A DNA stretch of 54,643 bases from Eubacteriales bacterium (GTDB taxonomy: Bacteria > Bacillota > Clostridia > Oscillospirales > SIG627): contig JAZNYT010000069.1 of the NCBI GenBank assembly GCA_045594565.1, forward strand, positions 1 to 54,643. The letters run 5' to 3'. The translations under genes were made by a program, and so were the position numbers. This document shows positions 1-9,984 of this stretch, piece after piece; within the stretch, counting starts at the first letter, position 1, and each line of letters begins with the position of its first letter. The notes under the pieces are model-generated. The model did not search any database. It had not been told where the DNA came from and worked only from the letters and a program-made list of their open reading frames with translations.

Positions 1-323
1 ACAAGCTTTTTGAAGGTGTCGAGGGTAATTACGGCGTTTCTGGAGCAGTCTACCATATTACCGAGTCTGCCCCAACGAAGCTTCTCCGAAACCTGAATGC
101 TTTCCCCTTCCTTTGCAATAAGTGTGCCTATTCCGCGGAAAAGTGAAGGCTTGTCTGAATAGTAAAGCTTTGCATTTTTGCCGTCCGACTCTATTTTGAG
201 ACCGTCTTTTCCTTCAATTATTTCAACGGAAATACCGCCCTCGCCGTATTCGGCGGTGGTCTCAGTAATTGCTTCTTTTATAAGAGCTGCAAGCTCTTCG
301 TTGCCGCTAACTGTGATTTTCAT
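1..323 (-). CDS. GH20 beta-N-acetylhexosaminidase, N-terminal part (runs off the window edge)
   Basis: Manual translation from ATG at 323 (ATGA overlap with the recG stop): MKITVSGNEELAALIKEA...LFRGIG...GNMVDCSRNAVITLDTFKKL. The MxDCSRNAV motif is typical of GcnA-like GH20 enzymes. Absent from the ORF track because there is no stop in the window. Confidence 0.8.
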   Translation of the reverse strand, partial: MKITVSGNEELAALIKEAITETTAEYGEGGISVEIIEGKDGLKIESDGKNAKLYYSDKPSLFRGIGTLIAKEGESIQVSEKLRWGRLGNMVDCSRNAVITLDTFKKL

Positions 324-2356
324 ATGTTTTTTCCTTCTTTTATTTCTTCAAAATATTTACGTGCACAGTCAAGCGCCAGTTTCAAAAGGCCTGTGTCTCC
401 CAACCCCGCCGTAACGGGAAGGGCAAGCTCACCGTGCTGACGGGAGCCGAAGAAGTCACCGGGGCCCCTTTCCTCAAGGTCGTACTCGGCAATCTTGAAG
501 CCGTCGGAGCATTTGGTGATAAATTCAAGGCGTGAGAGCGCCGCTTTGCTCTTAGATGCCGTAATGAAGATGCACCATGATTTTGCGCTTCCTCTGCCTA
601 TTCTGCCTCTCAGCTGATGAAGCTGTGCAAGGCCGAAGCGGTCTGCGTTTTCTATTACCATTATCGTGGCGTTGGGCACGTTTACTCCAACCTCAACGAC
701 GGTTGTGGAAACAAGTACCTTCACGTCGCCCCTTGCGAAGTCTGACATAACCTCATTTTTAACGCTCGGCTTCATTTTTCCGTGAAGAAGGGCTACTCTG
801 TGGGGAGCGAACCTCTTTTCAAGCTCCTTTTCAAGAGCGGTTGCCGATAGAAGCGTGGAACCACTTCCCCCGGAAAATTCGTTTTCGAGAGCCTCGTCCT
901 CACTGTCCTCTACGAGAGGACATATAATATATGCCTGATGTCCCGATTCGAGCTCATTTTCTATAAATCCGTACATTCTTTCTTTCTTTGAAGGAGGAAT
1001 GAGGAGAGAGGATATCTCCTGTCTTCCGGGAGGGAGCTCGTCGAGGATGGACACGTCAAGTCCTGCATATAGGAACATAGCGAGTGTTCTCGGTATAGGG
1101 GTAGCGGACATTGCAAGATTATTCTTGATTTCCGCCTTCGAGAGAAGCTTTTCCCTCTGCTTTACACCGAAGCGGTGCTGCTCGTCTGTAATTACAAGAC
1201 CGAGTCTGTAAGGAACAGTCTCTTCTTCAAAAAGAGCGTGTGTTCCTACCAGTATAAGAGGGGCGGTGGAAACAAGCCTTTCTCTTATTTTGCGTCTTTC
1301 TGCAGCCTTTGTTGAGCCTGTAAGGAGAATTACATCAAAGCCAAGCTTTTCAAAAAGGTGAGACAGTGTTTCGTGATGCTGTACCGCAAGTATTTCGGTG
1401 GGCGCCATAATATAAGCCTTTGCACCGTTTTTCAATGCTATAAAGCAGGCAGCCGCCGCAACCGCCGTCTTTCCCGAGCCAACGTCACCCTGTAAAAGAC
1501 GCCTCATGGCGCGGTGCTTTTCTTCCTTTTTTGTAAGGTCGTTTTCTATTTCGAGAATTGCCTTTTTCTGTGCCGAGGTTGGAGTGAAGCCGAGAGCCTT
1601 AAAGAAGGGTGACATATCCACCCTTTCAAAAGGCTTAACTATCTCTGTATCCTCACGTCTTTTCAGCTTCTCAGAGGCAAGGGCAAAGTCGAAAAGCTCC
1701 TCGAATATAAGCCTTTTCTTTGCCATTTCCACAAGCCCCTTTTCGGTGCAAAGGTGTATCTCGAAAAGTGCCTTTCCCAGCGGCATAAGCATCGCTTCAC
1801 GAAGGACACTTTCGGGAAGAGTTTCTTCTATATCATAAGGTGACAGGGTTGAAAGAAGCTTTGCTATAAGCTTTGCAATTTTTCCCGAAGAAAGACTTCC
1901 TACAGGGGAGTAAATGGGAACCGTATCTCTTTCGAGAGCGTCCACGCTTTCGTGGGAAGGGGAGAACATATAATATCCCGAGGGGCTTTTTACAAGCTTT
2001 CCGTAAAAGCGGTAGTCCGCCCCCTTGTGAAAGGTGTTGACGAGATAAGGCTGATTGAAAAACGCTATATGTACAGTTGGAGAGCCTTCTCTCTGCCTTG
2101 CCGAAAAGCGTACTATACGCTTTCCCGTAGGAGTGTATCCAACACTTGGAGAGGTCACTACCCTCATAATAAAAGCGTTTTTTGAATCGAGAGGAGCATC
2201 CTCCACCATATATCTCGGTGTTCTGTCCTCATAGGTTCTGGGGTAAAGACGAAGAAGGTCAAGGCAGGTGTAAATACCTGCCTTTTCAAGTGCTTCTGCT
2301 GTCTTCGGGCCAACACCGGACAAACTTGACACCGGTGTGTTTTTTATATCTGTCAT
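320..2356 (-). CDS. recG: ATP-dependent DNA helicase RecG
   Basis: Wedge domain, LLQGDVGSGKT Walker A, DEQH, SATPIPRT, QLHQLRGRIGRG, and TRG motif RGPGDFFGSRQHG. Confidence 0.97.
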   Translation of the reverse strand: MTDIKNTPVSSLSGVGPKTAEALEKAGIYTCLDLLRLYPRTYEDRTPRYMVEDAPLDSKNAFIMRVVTSPSVGYTPTGKRIVRFSARQREGSPTVHIAFFNQPYLVNTFHKGADYRFYGKLVKSPSGYYMFSPSHESVDALERDTVPIYSPVGSLSSGKIAKLIAKLLSTLSPYDIEETLPESVLREAMLMPLGKALFEIHLCTEKGLVEMAKKRLIFEELFDFALASEKLKRREDTEIVKPFERVDMSPFFKALGFTPTSAQKKAILEIENDLTKKEEKHRAMRRLLQGDVGSGKTAVAAAACFIALKNGAKAYIMAPTEILAVQHHETLSHLFEKLGFDVILLTGSTKAAERRKIRERLVSTAPLILVGTHALFEEETVPYRLGLVITDEQHRFGVKQREKLLSKAEIKNNLAMSATPIPRTLAMFLYAGLDVSILDELPPGRQEISSLLIPPSKKERMYGFIENELESGHQAYIICPLVEDSEDEALENEFSGGSGSTLLSATALEKELEKRFAPHRVALLHGKMKPSVKNEVMSDFARGDVKVLVSTTVVEVGVNVPNATIMVIENADRFGLAQLHQLRGRIGRGSAKSWCIFITASKSKAALSRLEFITKCSDGFKIAEYDLEERGPGDFFGSRQHGELALPVTAGLGDTGLLKLALDCARKYFEEIKEGKNI

Positions 2357-2886
2357 TTTTCGTCTATAACGTCAAGGTGTAGAACACCGCTGAAAATATC
2401 TTTTATAGTCTTCAGATTATCTTCGTTTTTAGTCATGGCGAAATAAACCACGTCGCCGTTTTGTCCTTTTATCATTTTTTCTGCAACGCCAACGTCCTCG
2501 GGAGAATAGTTTTCGTAAATAGCCTTGAGGTTATCACGTCTTGTATCAAAGGCATCAAGGAGAGCCTTTGCTGTGTCGCTGTCCTTTACCTTGAATGCTC
2601 CTGCTTCTGAAACAGAGGTGGTAGCCGAGGTGTAGAAGAAATAATCTGTAATGCCGTTGAGAAGGTCGCCGTTTCCGAAATAATATTCAAAATAGTCACG
2701 GTCAAGCTTATTGTCGCTATTCTCCGAATAGAGGATTGTATCGTCTAAAAGACCCATAACCGCCGTTTCGGTTGTTGACATATTTATTGAGCTTTCCTGA
2801 AGCTTCTCTGTTTTTTCTTCGTTTTCACCACAGGATACGAGAACGAGTGCAAGAACAATAAATGCCGCAATAAGTAATTTTTTCAT
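2353..2886 (-). CDS. Lipoprotein, DUF4358-like
   Basis: Signal peptide with lipobox LVSC; FxxYSPE-like motif (YENYSPE); ATGA overlap with recG. Confidence 0.65.
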   Translation of the reverse strand: MKKLLIAAFIVLALVLVSCGENEEKTEKLQESSINMSTTETAVMGLLDDTILYSENSDNKLDRDYFEYYFGNGDLLNGITDYFFYTSATTSVSEAGAFKVKDSDTAKALLDAFDTRRDNLKAIYENYSPEDVGVAEKMIKGQNGDVVYFAMTKNEDNLKTIKDIFSGVLHLDVIDEK

Positions 2887-3072
2887 TTCTTAACTCCTTA
2901 TTTTTCTTTAACTATATTTTATCCAAAATCTTTTAAAAAAGCAACACAAATATTGTTTTTTTAAGAAATTTGTGCTATACTCAACCTGTGGTTGAATAAA
3001 AAATTTTCTTTTGCCTTTAAGGTAGAGGGTAAAAGTGTTATAATTTCCAAAAAAACAAGGACAGGTATAAAT

Positions 3073-4500
3073 ATGAGCAGCTTAGCAGATAAACTTATAA
3101 AGCTTCGCCGTGAGGCTAGATTCAGTCAGAAGGAGCTTGGCGCTCTCGTTGGAGTGAGCGACAGAGCGGTATCGAAATGGGAGTGCGGACTGTCCCGCCC
3201 CAGTCTTGAGGCGTGTGTCACCCTTTCGGGAATATTCAAGATACCTCTTGATGAGCTTATTTCGGGAGAAAAGCGCGGTTTTGAAGAAGAAAAAAAGAAT
3301 GGAATGGCGAGTATTCGTTCCCTTTATCGCATTGGACCCGGCCCTTCAAGCTCTCACACTATAGCACCCTCACGCGCGGCATCTATTGTTATGTCTATGT
3401 ATCCCGAAGCTGATTTTTTCAAGGTAGTGCTCTATGGCTCTCTTGCAAGAACGGGCTACGGTCACGGTACGGAAACCGCCCTTAAAAAAGCATTTGGAGA
3501 TAAAAAGAGTGAAATAATTCTCGACTATATGACCACCGATATAAAGCATCCCAACACTATGGATTTTCAAGCCTATCTTGGAGAAAAAGAGCTTGGCATG
3601 AAAAGAATCTACAGTACCGGTGGGGGCGCTATCGAGGCGGAGGGAGAGGAACAGGCTTTCGAAAAAGCTATATACCCTCATTCTACCTTCGGGGAAATTA
3701 TGGCATACCTTAAGGAAACGAAAAAGAGGATTCCCGACTACATCGAGGAGGTAGAAGGAAAGGAAATATGGTCCTTCCTCGCAACCGTTTGGGAAACTAT
3801 GAAGGACAGCATCGACAGAGGACTTTCTGCCGAGGGAATTCTGCCCGGCGGTCTTGAGGTGAAGAGAAAGGCGAAGACCCTGAAGGAAAGAAAGCATATG
3901 GACGAGACCTCCGAAACCAAAGAAAACAGAATGGTCTGTTCCTTTGCTTATGCGGTAAGCGAGGAGAATGCAGCGGGAGGCATTGTGGTGACTGCGCCTA
4001 CCTGCGGTGCATCGGGTGTTTTGCCTGCGGTTTTACGTTATCAACAAGAAAAGCGCGGATTTTCGGACAGAGAAATATGCCGTGCCCTTGCAACAGCCGC
4101 ACTTTTCGGCAATCTTATAAAGACAAACGCTTCAATTTCGGGCGCCGAATGCGGATGTCAGGCGGAAATAGGCTCAGCCTGCTCTATGGGAGCGGCGGCA
4201 CTTGCCGAGCTTTTCGATATGGATATCGAGCAGATAGAATATGCCGCAGAGGTGGCAATGGAGCATCATCTTGGACTTACCTGTGACCCTATCCGCGGAC
4301 TTGTGCAAATTCCCTGTATTGAGCGTAATGCGGTGGGCGCTATGAGAAGCATTCAGGCGGTAAATCTTGCGAATTTCCTCAGCGATACCAGAAAAATATC
4401 CTTCGACCTTGTAATTCAGACTATGTACGAAACGGGAAAGGATATGTCAAAGATATACCGCGAAACTGCCGAGGGAGGACTTGCAAAGCTCTATCAATAA
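3073..4500 (+). CDS. sdaA: XRE-family HTH fused to single-chain Fe-S L-serine ammonia-lyase
   Basis: N-terminal HTH (LRREARFSQKELGALVGVSDRAVSKWECG), then IGPGPSSSHT, VVTAPTCGASG, GAECGCQAEIG, HHLGLTCDP, QIPCIERNA. Start placed at ATG 3073 (AGG/ACAGGT upstream) rather than TTG 2992. Confidence 0.9.
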   Translation: MSSLADKLIKLRREARFSQKELGALVGVSDRAVSKWECGLSRPSLEACVTLSGIFKIPLDELISGEKRGFEEEKKNGMASIRSLYRIGPGPSSSHTIAPSRAASIVMSMYPEADFFKVVLYGSLARTGYGHGTETALKKAFGDKKSEIILDYMTTDIKHPNTMDFQAYLGEKELGMKRIYSTGGGAIEAEGEEQAFEKAIYPHSTFGEIMAYLKETKKRIPDYIEEVEGKEIWSFLATVWETMKDSIDRGLSAEGILPGGLEVKRKAKTLKERKHMDETSETKENRMVCSFAYAVSEENAAGGIVVTAPTCGASGVLPAVLRYQQEKRGFSDREICRALATAALFGNLIKTNASISGAECGCQAEIGSACSMGAAALAELFDMDIEQIEYAAEVAMEHHLGLTCDPIRGLVQIPCIERNAVGAMRSIQAVNLANFLSDTRKISFDLVIQTMYETGKDMSKIYRETAEGGLAKLYQ

Positions 4501-4524
4501 AGTGAACGGATGTTCGATTTTCCC

Positions 4525-4553
4525 TTGACAAACGGCTAAATGGGTGGTATTAT
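4525..4553 (+). promoter_or_regulatory. sigma-A promoter for the capD-wecB-kinase operon
   Basis: TTGACA-17 bp-TATTAT with an extended TG. Confidence 0.7.
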
Positions 4554-4617
4554 GTAAATATATGTAAGATAATTGTAGCACCTTGGTGCGAAAATATATA
4601 TTTTTTTAGGAGCTTTT

Positions 4618-6507
4618 ATGAACGTATTTCTTAAAGTAACCTATGCCCAAAAGCTTATACTGCTCGTTACAGACGTATTACTTGCAAACCTATCACTTCT
4701 CTTTTCTGTTATTTTATCAAGAGGGGGAAGTGTTTTCTTTTTGCCGAAATCCGCTCTTATTTTTACGGCAATAAGCTTTTTTACCTTTCCGCTTTTCGCT
4801 TACGTCAACGGCTCGCATCGAGTTATATGGCGCTATGCGGGAGTAAGAGATATAGTAAAGCTTGTAATAGCACAATACACGGCGTTTGCCTTTTCGGTGT
4901 TGGCGACCTCTGTTATCGGCGGAGAATTTATTTTTACCGCTATTGAATGGATTTCCGCAATGCTTCTCACCTCGGTTGCATCCGTTACTGTCAGAATGTT
5001 TTTAAGACACATTTCTGTTAAAAACAACAAAAAAGAAAAAAGAGAGAGCATAGAGGCAAAGGGTGAAGTTTCAAATTACGGTAACACTATGATAGTAGGA
5101 GGCGGCGGTGCCGCAGAGATTCTTCTCCGCGAGATTTTCACTTCTGCTTCTTTCACAGGCTGTTTGCCCGTTGTTATTGTCGATGATAACAAGGGCCTTC
5201 ACGGACTTTCGGTAAGAGGCGTGCCCATTGCAGGCGGCAGAAACGATATTGAAAAGCTTGTTCGTCAGCACAAGATAAAGAGCATATTCCTTGCCATTCC
5301 CTCTATTTCCGCAAAGGACAAAAGAGAAATTCTTAAAATCTGCTCACAGACAGGCTGTGACACAAGAGTTGTGCCCGGCATTGATGAAATGATGAATATT
5401 TCGTCCTTCGGTCTCAAGATGAGAAAAGTGGAGATTGCTGACCTTCTGGGCAGACAGACTGTAAAGATAAACGATGGAAGAGTTCTTTCCTACGTTGAAA
5501 ACAAAACCGTTATGGTAACCGGTGGCGGCGGCTCCATCGGAAGTGAGCTTTGCCGACAGATAGCAAGTCATTCACCGAAAAAGCTCATAATTTTTGACAT
5601 TTATGAGAACAATGCATACGATATACAAAACGAGCTTAAGAGGAATTTCCCCGACCTTGACCTTGTATGTCTTATCGGCTCGGTAAGAGATAAAAAGAGA
5701 CTTGACAGCGTGTTTGATAAATACCGTCCCGAGATTGTTTATCACGCGGCGGCACATAAGCACGTGCCTCTTATGGAGGACAGTCCCAACGAGGCAGTAA
5801 AGAACAACGTTTTCGGTACTCTCAATACAGTGCGCGCCGCTGATAAGTACGGAGTACACCGCTTCGTTCTCATTTCTACCGACAAGGCGGTAAACCCCAC
5901 CAACGTTATGGGTGCAACCAAGCGTATCTGCGAAATGATAGTGCAGACCTACAATAACAGAAGCAATACCGAGTACGTGGCGGTAAGATTCGGAAACGTT
6001 CTCGGCTCTAACGGAAGCGTTATCCCTCTCTTTGAAAAGCAGATTGAAAAGGGAGGCCCCGTAACCGTAACGCATCCCGATATTATCAGATATTTCATGA
6101 CCATTCCCGAAGCAGCCTCTCTGGTTCTTCAGGCGGGTGCAAATGCCGAGGGTGGCGAGATATTCGTTCTCGATATGGGTGACCCCGTAAAGATTCTCGA
6201 CCTTGCGGAAAATATGATAAGACTTTCGGGCTTTGAGCCTTACGCGGATATTGATATCAAGTTCACGGGACTCAGACCCGGCGAGAAGCTTTACGAGGAG
6301 CTTCTTATGGACGAGGAAGGTCTTAAAACCACCGATAACGAGCTTATCCATATAGGAAAGCCCATAGTTCTCGACGAAGAAGAGCTTCTTTCCTCTCTTG
6401 CAGAGCTTGAAGAGGTAATGTCCGACGACAATGCCGATATAAGAGGCTTTATCCACAGACTTGTTCCCACCTTCAAGGAGCCGAATGAAGTAAACGCAGG
6501 CGCCTGA
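4618..6507 (+). CDS. Membrane-anchored nucleotide-sugar 4,6-dehydratase (CapD/PglF/WbpM type)
   Basis: Four N-terminal TM segments, CoA-binding-like domain, VTGGGGSIGSELCRQ, HAAAHKHVPLME, STDKAVNPTNVMGATKR, VRFGNVLGSNGSV, GLRPGEKLYEEL. Confidence 0.93.
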   Translation: MNVFLKVTYAQKLILLVTDVLLANLSLLFSVILSRGGSVFFLPKSALIFTAISFFTFPLFAYVNGSHRVIWRYAGVRDIVKLVIAQYTAFAFSVLATSVIGGEFIFTAIEWISAMLLTSVASVTVRMFLRHISVKNNKKEKRESIEAKGEVSNYGNTMIVGGGGAAEILLREIFTSASFTGCLPVVIVDDNKGLHGLSVRGVPIAGGRNDIEKLVRQHKIKSIFLAIPSISAKDKREILKICSQTGCDTRVVPGIDEMMNISSFGLKMRKVEIADLLGRQTVKINDGRVLSYVENKTVMVTGGGGSIGSELCRQIASHSPKKLIIFDIYENNAYDIQNELKRNFPDLDLVCLIGSVRDKKRLDSVFDKYRPEIVYHAAAHKHVPLMEDSPNEAVKNNVFGTLNTVRAADKYGVHRFVLISTDKAVNPTNVMGATKRICEMIVQTYNNRSNTEYVAVRFGNVLGSNGSVIPLFEKQIEKGGPVTVTHPDIIRYFMTIPEAASLVLQAGANAEGGEIFVLDMGDPVKILDLAENMIRLSGFEPYADIDIKFTGLRPGEKLYEELLMDEEGLKTTDNELIHIGKPIVLDEEELLSSLAELEEVMSDDNADIRGFIHRLVPTFKEPNEVNAGA

Positions 6508-6524
6508 CTTTCAAAGGAGAAATA

Positions 6525-7619
6525 ATGAAGAAAGTAATGCTTGTCTTCGGTACACGTCCGGAAGCAATTAAGATGTGTCCGCTTGTACTGGAATTAAAGA
6601 AAAGAAAGACTATTGAAACTATAGTTTGTGTAACGGGTCAGCACAGACAGATGCTGGACCAGGTGCTTCACGCCTTTAACGTCGTGCCCGACTTTGACCT
6701 TTCTATTATGAAGGAAAAGCAGACCCTTTTCGACGTAACCACAAACATACTCGAAAGAATAAAGAGTGTTTTTGAGGAGGTACGTCCCGACGTAGTGCTG
6801 GTTCACGGAGACACCTCCACCACCTTCGTTACAGCCCTTGCGGCGTTCTATATGCAGATTCCCATAGGACACGTTGAGGCAGGACTGAGAACCTACAATA
6901 TTTATTCACCCTATCCCGAGGAATTTAACAGACAGGCAGTGGGAATAATAGCGAAGTACAACTTCTCTCCCACCGAAATGTCAAAGGACAATCTAATAAG
7001 AGAGGGAAAGAATCCCGAAACGATTTATGTAACGGGAAATACGGCGATAGACGCTCTTAAAACTACGGTAAGAGAGGACTATACACACCCCGAGCTTGAA
7101 TGGGCAAAGGGAAGCCGTCTTATTACCATAACGGCGCACAGAAGAGAAAATCTCGGTGAGCCTATGGCGAATATGTTCCGTGCAATAAGAAGAATTATTG
7201 ATTCTCATCCCGACGTTAAGGCAGTGTACCCCATTCATATGAATCCCGTAGTCCGCGAGACTGCCGATAAGTATCTCGGCGACTGTGACAGGATACACAT
7301 AATCGAGCCTCTTGACGTACTTGATTTTCACAATTTCCTTGCCCGTTCATATATGATAATAACAGACTCGGGCGGAATTCAGGAGGAAGCGCCCTCTCTC
7401 GGTAAGCCTGTTCTCGTAATGCGCGATACTACCGAGCGCCCCGAAGGTGTTGCGGCAGGCACTCTGAAGCTTGTGGGAACAGAGGAAAAAACCATATACG
7501 AAAGCTTTAAAACACTTCTGGATAACAAGGAAGAATATGACAAAATGAGCCATGCCCGAAATCCTTACGGCGACGGCACGGCTTGTATAAGAATCGCGGA
7601 TATACTTGAGAATAACTGA
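6525..7619 (+). CDS. wecB: UDP-N-acetylglucosamine 2-epimerase (non-hydrolysing)
   Basis: FGTRPEAIKM, TGQHRQML, HVEAGLRT, TDSGGIQEEAPSLGKPVLV, NPYGDG. Confidence 0.96.
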   Translation: MKKVMLVFGTRPEAIKMCPLVLELKKRKTIETIVCVTGQHRQMLDQVLHAFNVVPDFDLSIMKEKQTLFDVTTNILERIKSVFEEVRPDVVLVHGDTSTTFVTALAAFYMQIPIGHVEAGLRTYNIYSPYPEEFNRQAVGIIAKYNFSPTEMSKDNLIREGKNPETIYVTGNTAIDALKTTVREDYTHPELEWAKGSRLITITAHRRENLGEPMANMFRAIRRIIDSHPDVKAVYPIHMNPVVRETADKYLGDCDRIHIIEPLDVLDFHNFLARSYMIITDSGGIQEEAPSLGKPVLVMRDTTERPEGVAAGTLKLVGTEEKTIYESFKTLLDNKEEYDKMSHARNPYGDGTACIRIADILENN

Positions 7620-7634
7620 AAAGAGGCGAATCTG

Positions 7635-8750
7635 ATGAATAACTTTGATCCCGAGGTTATAAATACCTTAAGATTTGTGGGTGAGAAGTTCAGGCTCAAA
7701 GGCGAGCTTGAGTCATACGAACTTATAACACATGGCAATATAAATACAACCTATAGCGTTAAATATAAAAATCCCGATAAAAGCTATATTTTTCAGAAGG
7801 TAAATACCTACGTTTTCCGCGAGCCTGTGGAAATTATGAAGAATATAGATATGGTAACAGAGCACATAAGAGGAAAGCAAAGGGGAAGGGATATCCCTGC
7901 CCTTCACTATCATCATACCGATGACGGTAAAAACTATTGCTTTGGCGAAAAGGGCAACTTCTGGAGAGTTTCAAACAACTTTGACGCTCTTACCTATCAG
8001 GCATCAAGCGACCCGGAGGTGCTTCGTCAGGCAGGACGTGCCTTCGGAGAGTTCCAGAAAAATCTTTCTGATTTTGATGCATCACTTCTTTTTGAAACTA
8101 TTCCTAATTTTCATAATACCCAAAAGCGTCTCGAAGGATTTTTTGAAAACGTGGAAAAGGATGAGTATGGCAGAGTTTCAGAGGTAAAAGCAGAGATAGA
8201 ATTCATAAGAAGCCACAGAGAAATTGCCGAAAAGCTTAACATACTTCTCGAAAACGGAATAATACCTAAAAGAGTTACCCATAATGATACCAAGATAAAT
8301 AACGTTCTTTTTAATAAGGAAACAGGTGAGCCTCTCGTCGTTATAGACCTTGACACCGTAATGCCGGGTCTTGCGGCGCATGATTTCGGTGATGCGGTAA
8401 GATTTGCCGCAAATACTGCCGCCGAGGACGAAAAGGATTTATCGAAGGTATCCTTTAACCTTGACCTTTACCGAGGCTTTGCAGAGGGATTTATTTCTGC
8501 TGCGGCAGATATTCTTACACCCGAAGAAATAGATACTATGGCACTTGGCGCTCTTACTATTGCAATCGAGCTGGGTATGCGCTTCCTTGACGACTATATC
8601 ACGGGAGACAAGTATTTCAAGACAAGATACGAGGGACATAACCTGGTTCGTACACGATGTCAGCTTGCTCTGGCTGCGGATATGGAGAAAAAGTTCGACG
8701 AAATGAACAAAATAGTGAAAGACACCGCAGACAGAATAATAAAGAATTAA
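7635..8750 (+). CDS. APH-fold phosphotransferase, N-acetylhexosamine 1-kinase (NahK/LnpB)-like
   Basis: GNINTTY, ETIPNFHNT, RVTHNDTKINN, VIDLDTVMPG, DFGDAVR, RFLDDYITGDKYF. Confidence 0.8.
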   Translation: MNNFDPEVINTLRFVGEKFRLKGELESYELITHGNINTTYSVKYKNPDKSYIFQKVNTYVFREPVEIMKNIDMVTEHIRGKQRGRDIPALHYHHTDDGKNYCFGEKGNFWRVSNNFDALTYQASSDPEVLRQAGRAFGEFQKNLSDFDASLLFETIPNFHNTQKRLEGFFENVEKDEYGRVSEVKAEIEFIRSHREIAEKLNILLENGIIPKRVTHNDTKINNVLFNKETGEPLVVIDLDTVMPGLAAHDFGDAVRFAANTAAEDEKDLSKVSFNLDLYRGFAEGFISAAADILTPEEIDTMALGALTIAIELGMRFLDDYITGDKYFKTRYEGHNLVRTRCQLALAADMEKKFDEMNKIVKDTADRIIKN

Positions 8751-8788
8751 CTAAATTGAAAAAAATTTAACAAACTCACGAAAAAGTA

Positions 8789-8817
8789 TTGCAAAAAAGA
8801 AATTTTTGACATATAAT
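8789..8817 (+). promoter_or_regulatory. sigma-A promoter of gap
   Basis: TTGCAA-17 bp-TATAAT upstream of an AAGGAG RBS. Confidence 0.65.
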
Positions 8818-8867
8818 ATGTAATTGGAATTAAAAAAATTAATCAATATATAAAGGAGATTCAAATT

Positions 8868-9890
8868 ATGGCAGTAAAAGTTGCTATTAACGGCTTTGGC
8901 CGTATCGGACGCCTTGCGTTCAGACAGATGTTCGGTGCTGAGGGTTACGAAGTTGTAGCTATCAACGACCTTACAGATGCAAAAATGCTTGCACACCTTC
9001 TCAAGTATGACACAGCTCAGGGTAAATACGCTCTTGCTGATACAGTTTCATACAGCGAAGAAGACAACACAATCACAGTTGATGGCAAGACCATCAAGAT
9101 CTATGCTGAAAAGGACGCTAACAACTGTCCTTGGGGCGCACTTGACGTAGACGTTGTTCTTGAATGTACAGGCTTCTATACATCTACAGAGAAGTCTATG
9201 GCTCACATCAACGCAGGTGCTAAGAAGGTTGTTATTTCTGCTCCCGCAGGTAAGGATCTCAAGACTATCGTATTCAGCGTTAACGAAAAGACTCTTACAA
9301 AGGAAGACAAGATCATCTCTGCTGCATCTTGTACAACAAACTGCCTTGCTCCCATGGCTAAGGCTCTTAACGATTACGCTCCCATTCAGAGCGGTATCAT
9401 GACAACTGTTCACGCTTACACAGGCGACCAGATGATTCTCGACGGTCCTCACAGAAAGGGTGACCTTCGCCGTGCAAGAGCAGGTGCTCAGAACATCGTT
9501 CCCAACTCCACAGGTGCTGCTAAGGCTATCGGCCTTGTAATTCCCGAACTCAACGGCAAGCTCATCGGTTCTGCTCAGAGAGTTCCTACTTGCACAGGTT
9601 CTACAACAATCCTCGTTGCAGTTGTTAAGGGTAAGGACGTTACTATCGAAGGCATCAATGCAGCTATGAAGGCTCAGTCTTCTGCTTCCTTCGGCTACAA
9701 CACAGATGAAATCGTTTCTTCCGACGTTATCGGTATGACATACGGTTCTCTCTTCGATGCTACTCAGACAATGGTAGCAAAGATTGACGACGACACATAT
9801 CAGGTACAGGTTGTTTCTTGGTACGACAACGAGAACTCCTACACAAGCCAGATGGTTCGTACAATCAAGTACTTCGCAGAGCTTAACTAA
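8868..9890 (+). CDS. gap: Type I glyceraldehyde-3-phosphate dehydrogenase
   Basis: [29 protein letters not shown]; strongly biased codon usage. Confidence 0.98.
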   Translation: MAVKVAINGFGRIGRLAFRQMFGAEGYEVVAINDLTDAKMLAHLLKYDTAQGKYALADTVSYSEEDNTITVDGKTIKIYAEKDANNCPWGALDVDVVLECTGFYTSTEKSMAHINAGAKKVVISAPAGKDLKTIVFSVNEKTLTKEDKIISAASCTTNCLAPMAKALNDYAPIQSGIMTTVHAYTGDQMILDGPHRKGDLRRARAGAQNIVPNSTGAAKAIGLVIPELNGKLIGSAQRVPTCTGSTTILVAVVKGKDVTIEGINAAMKAQSSASFGYNTDEIVSSDVIGMTYGSLFDATQTMVAKIDDDTYQVQVVSWYDNENSYTSQMVRTIKYFAELN

Positions 9891-9910
9891 TTTTAAATTA
9901 CAAAAAAAGT

Positions 9911-9942
9911 CAAGTGCAGGCTTTTTGCCTGCACTTGCTTTT
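9911..9942 (+). terminator. Rho-independent terminator of gap
   Basis: CAAGTGCAGGC-TTTTT-GCCTGCACTTG followed by CTTTT. Confidence 0.8.
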
Positions 9943-9984
9943 AGAAAAAGTTTGTTAAAAAAATAACAATTTAAGGATATAAAA

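Noticed and set aside
5572-6456. Long antisense ORFs (also 11212-12213, 12631-13458, 21834-22481, 27205-27891, 38493-39317, 51983-52699)
   Set aside because: They lie opposite well-supported genes and have no recognisable motifs or RBS; they are codon-bias shadows.
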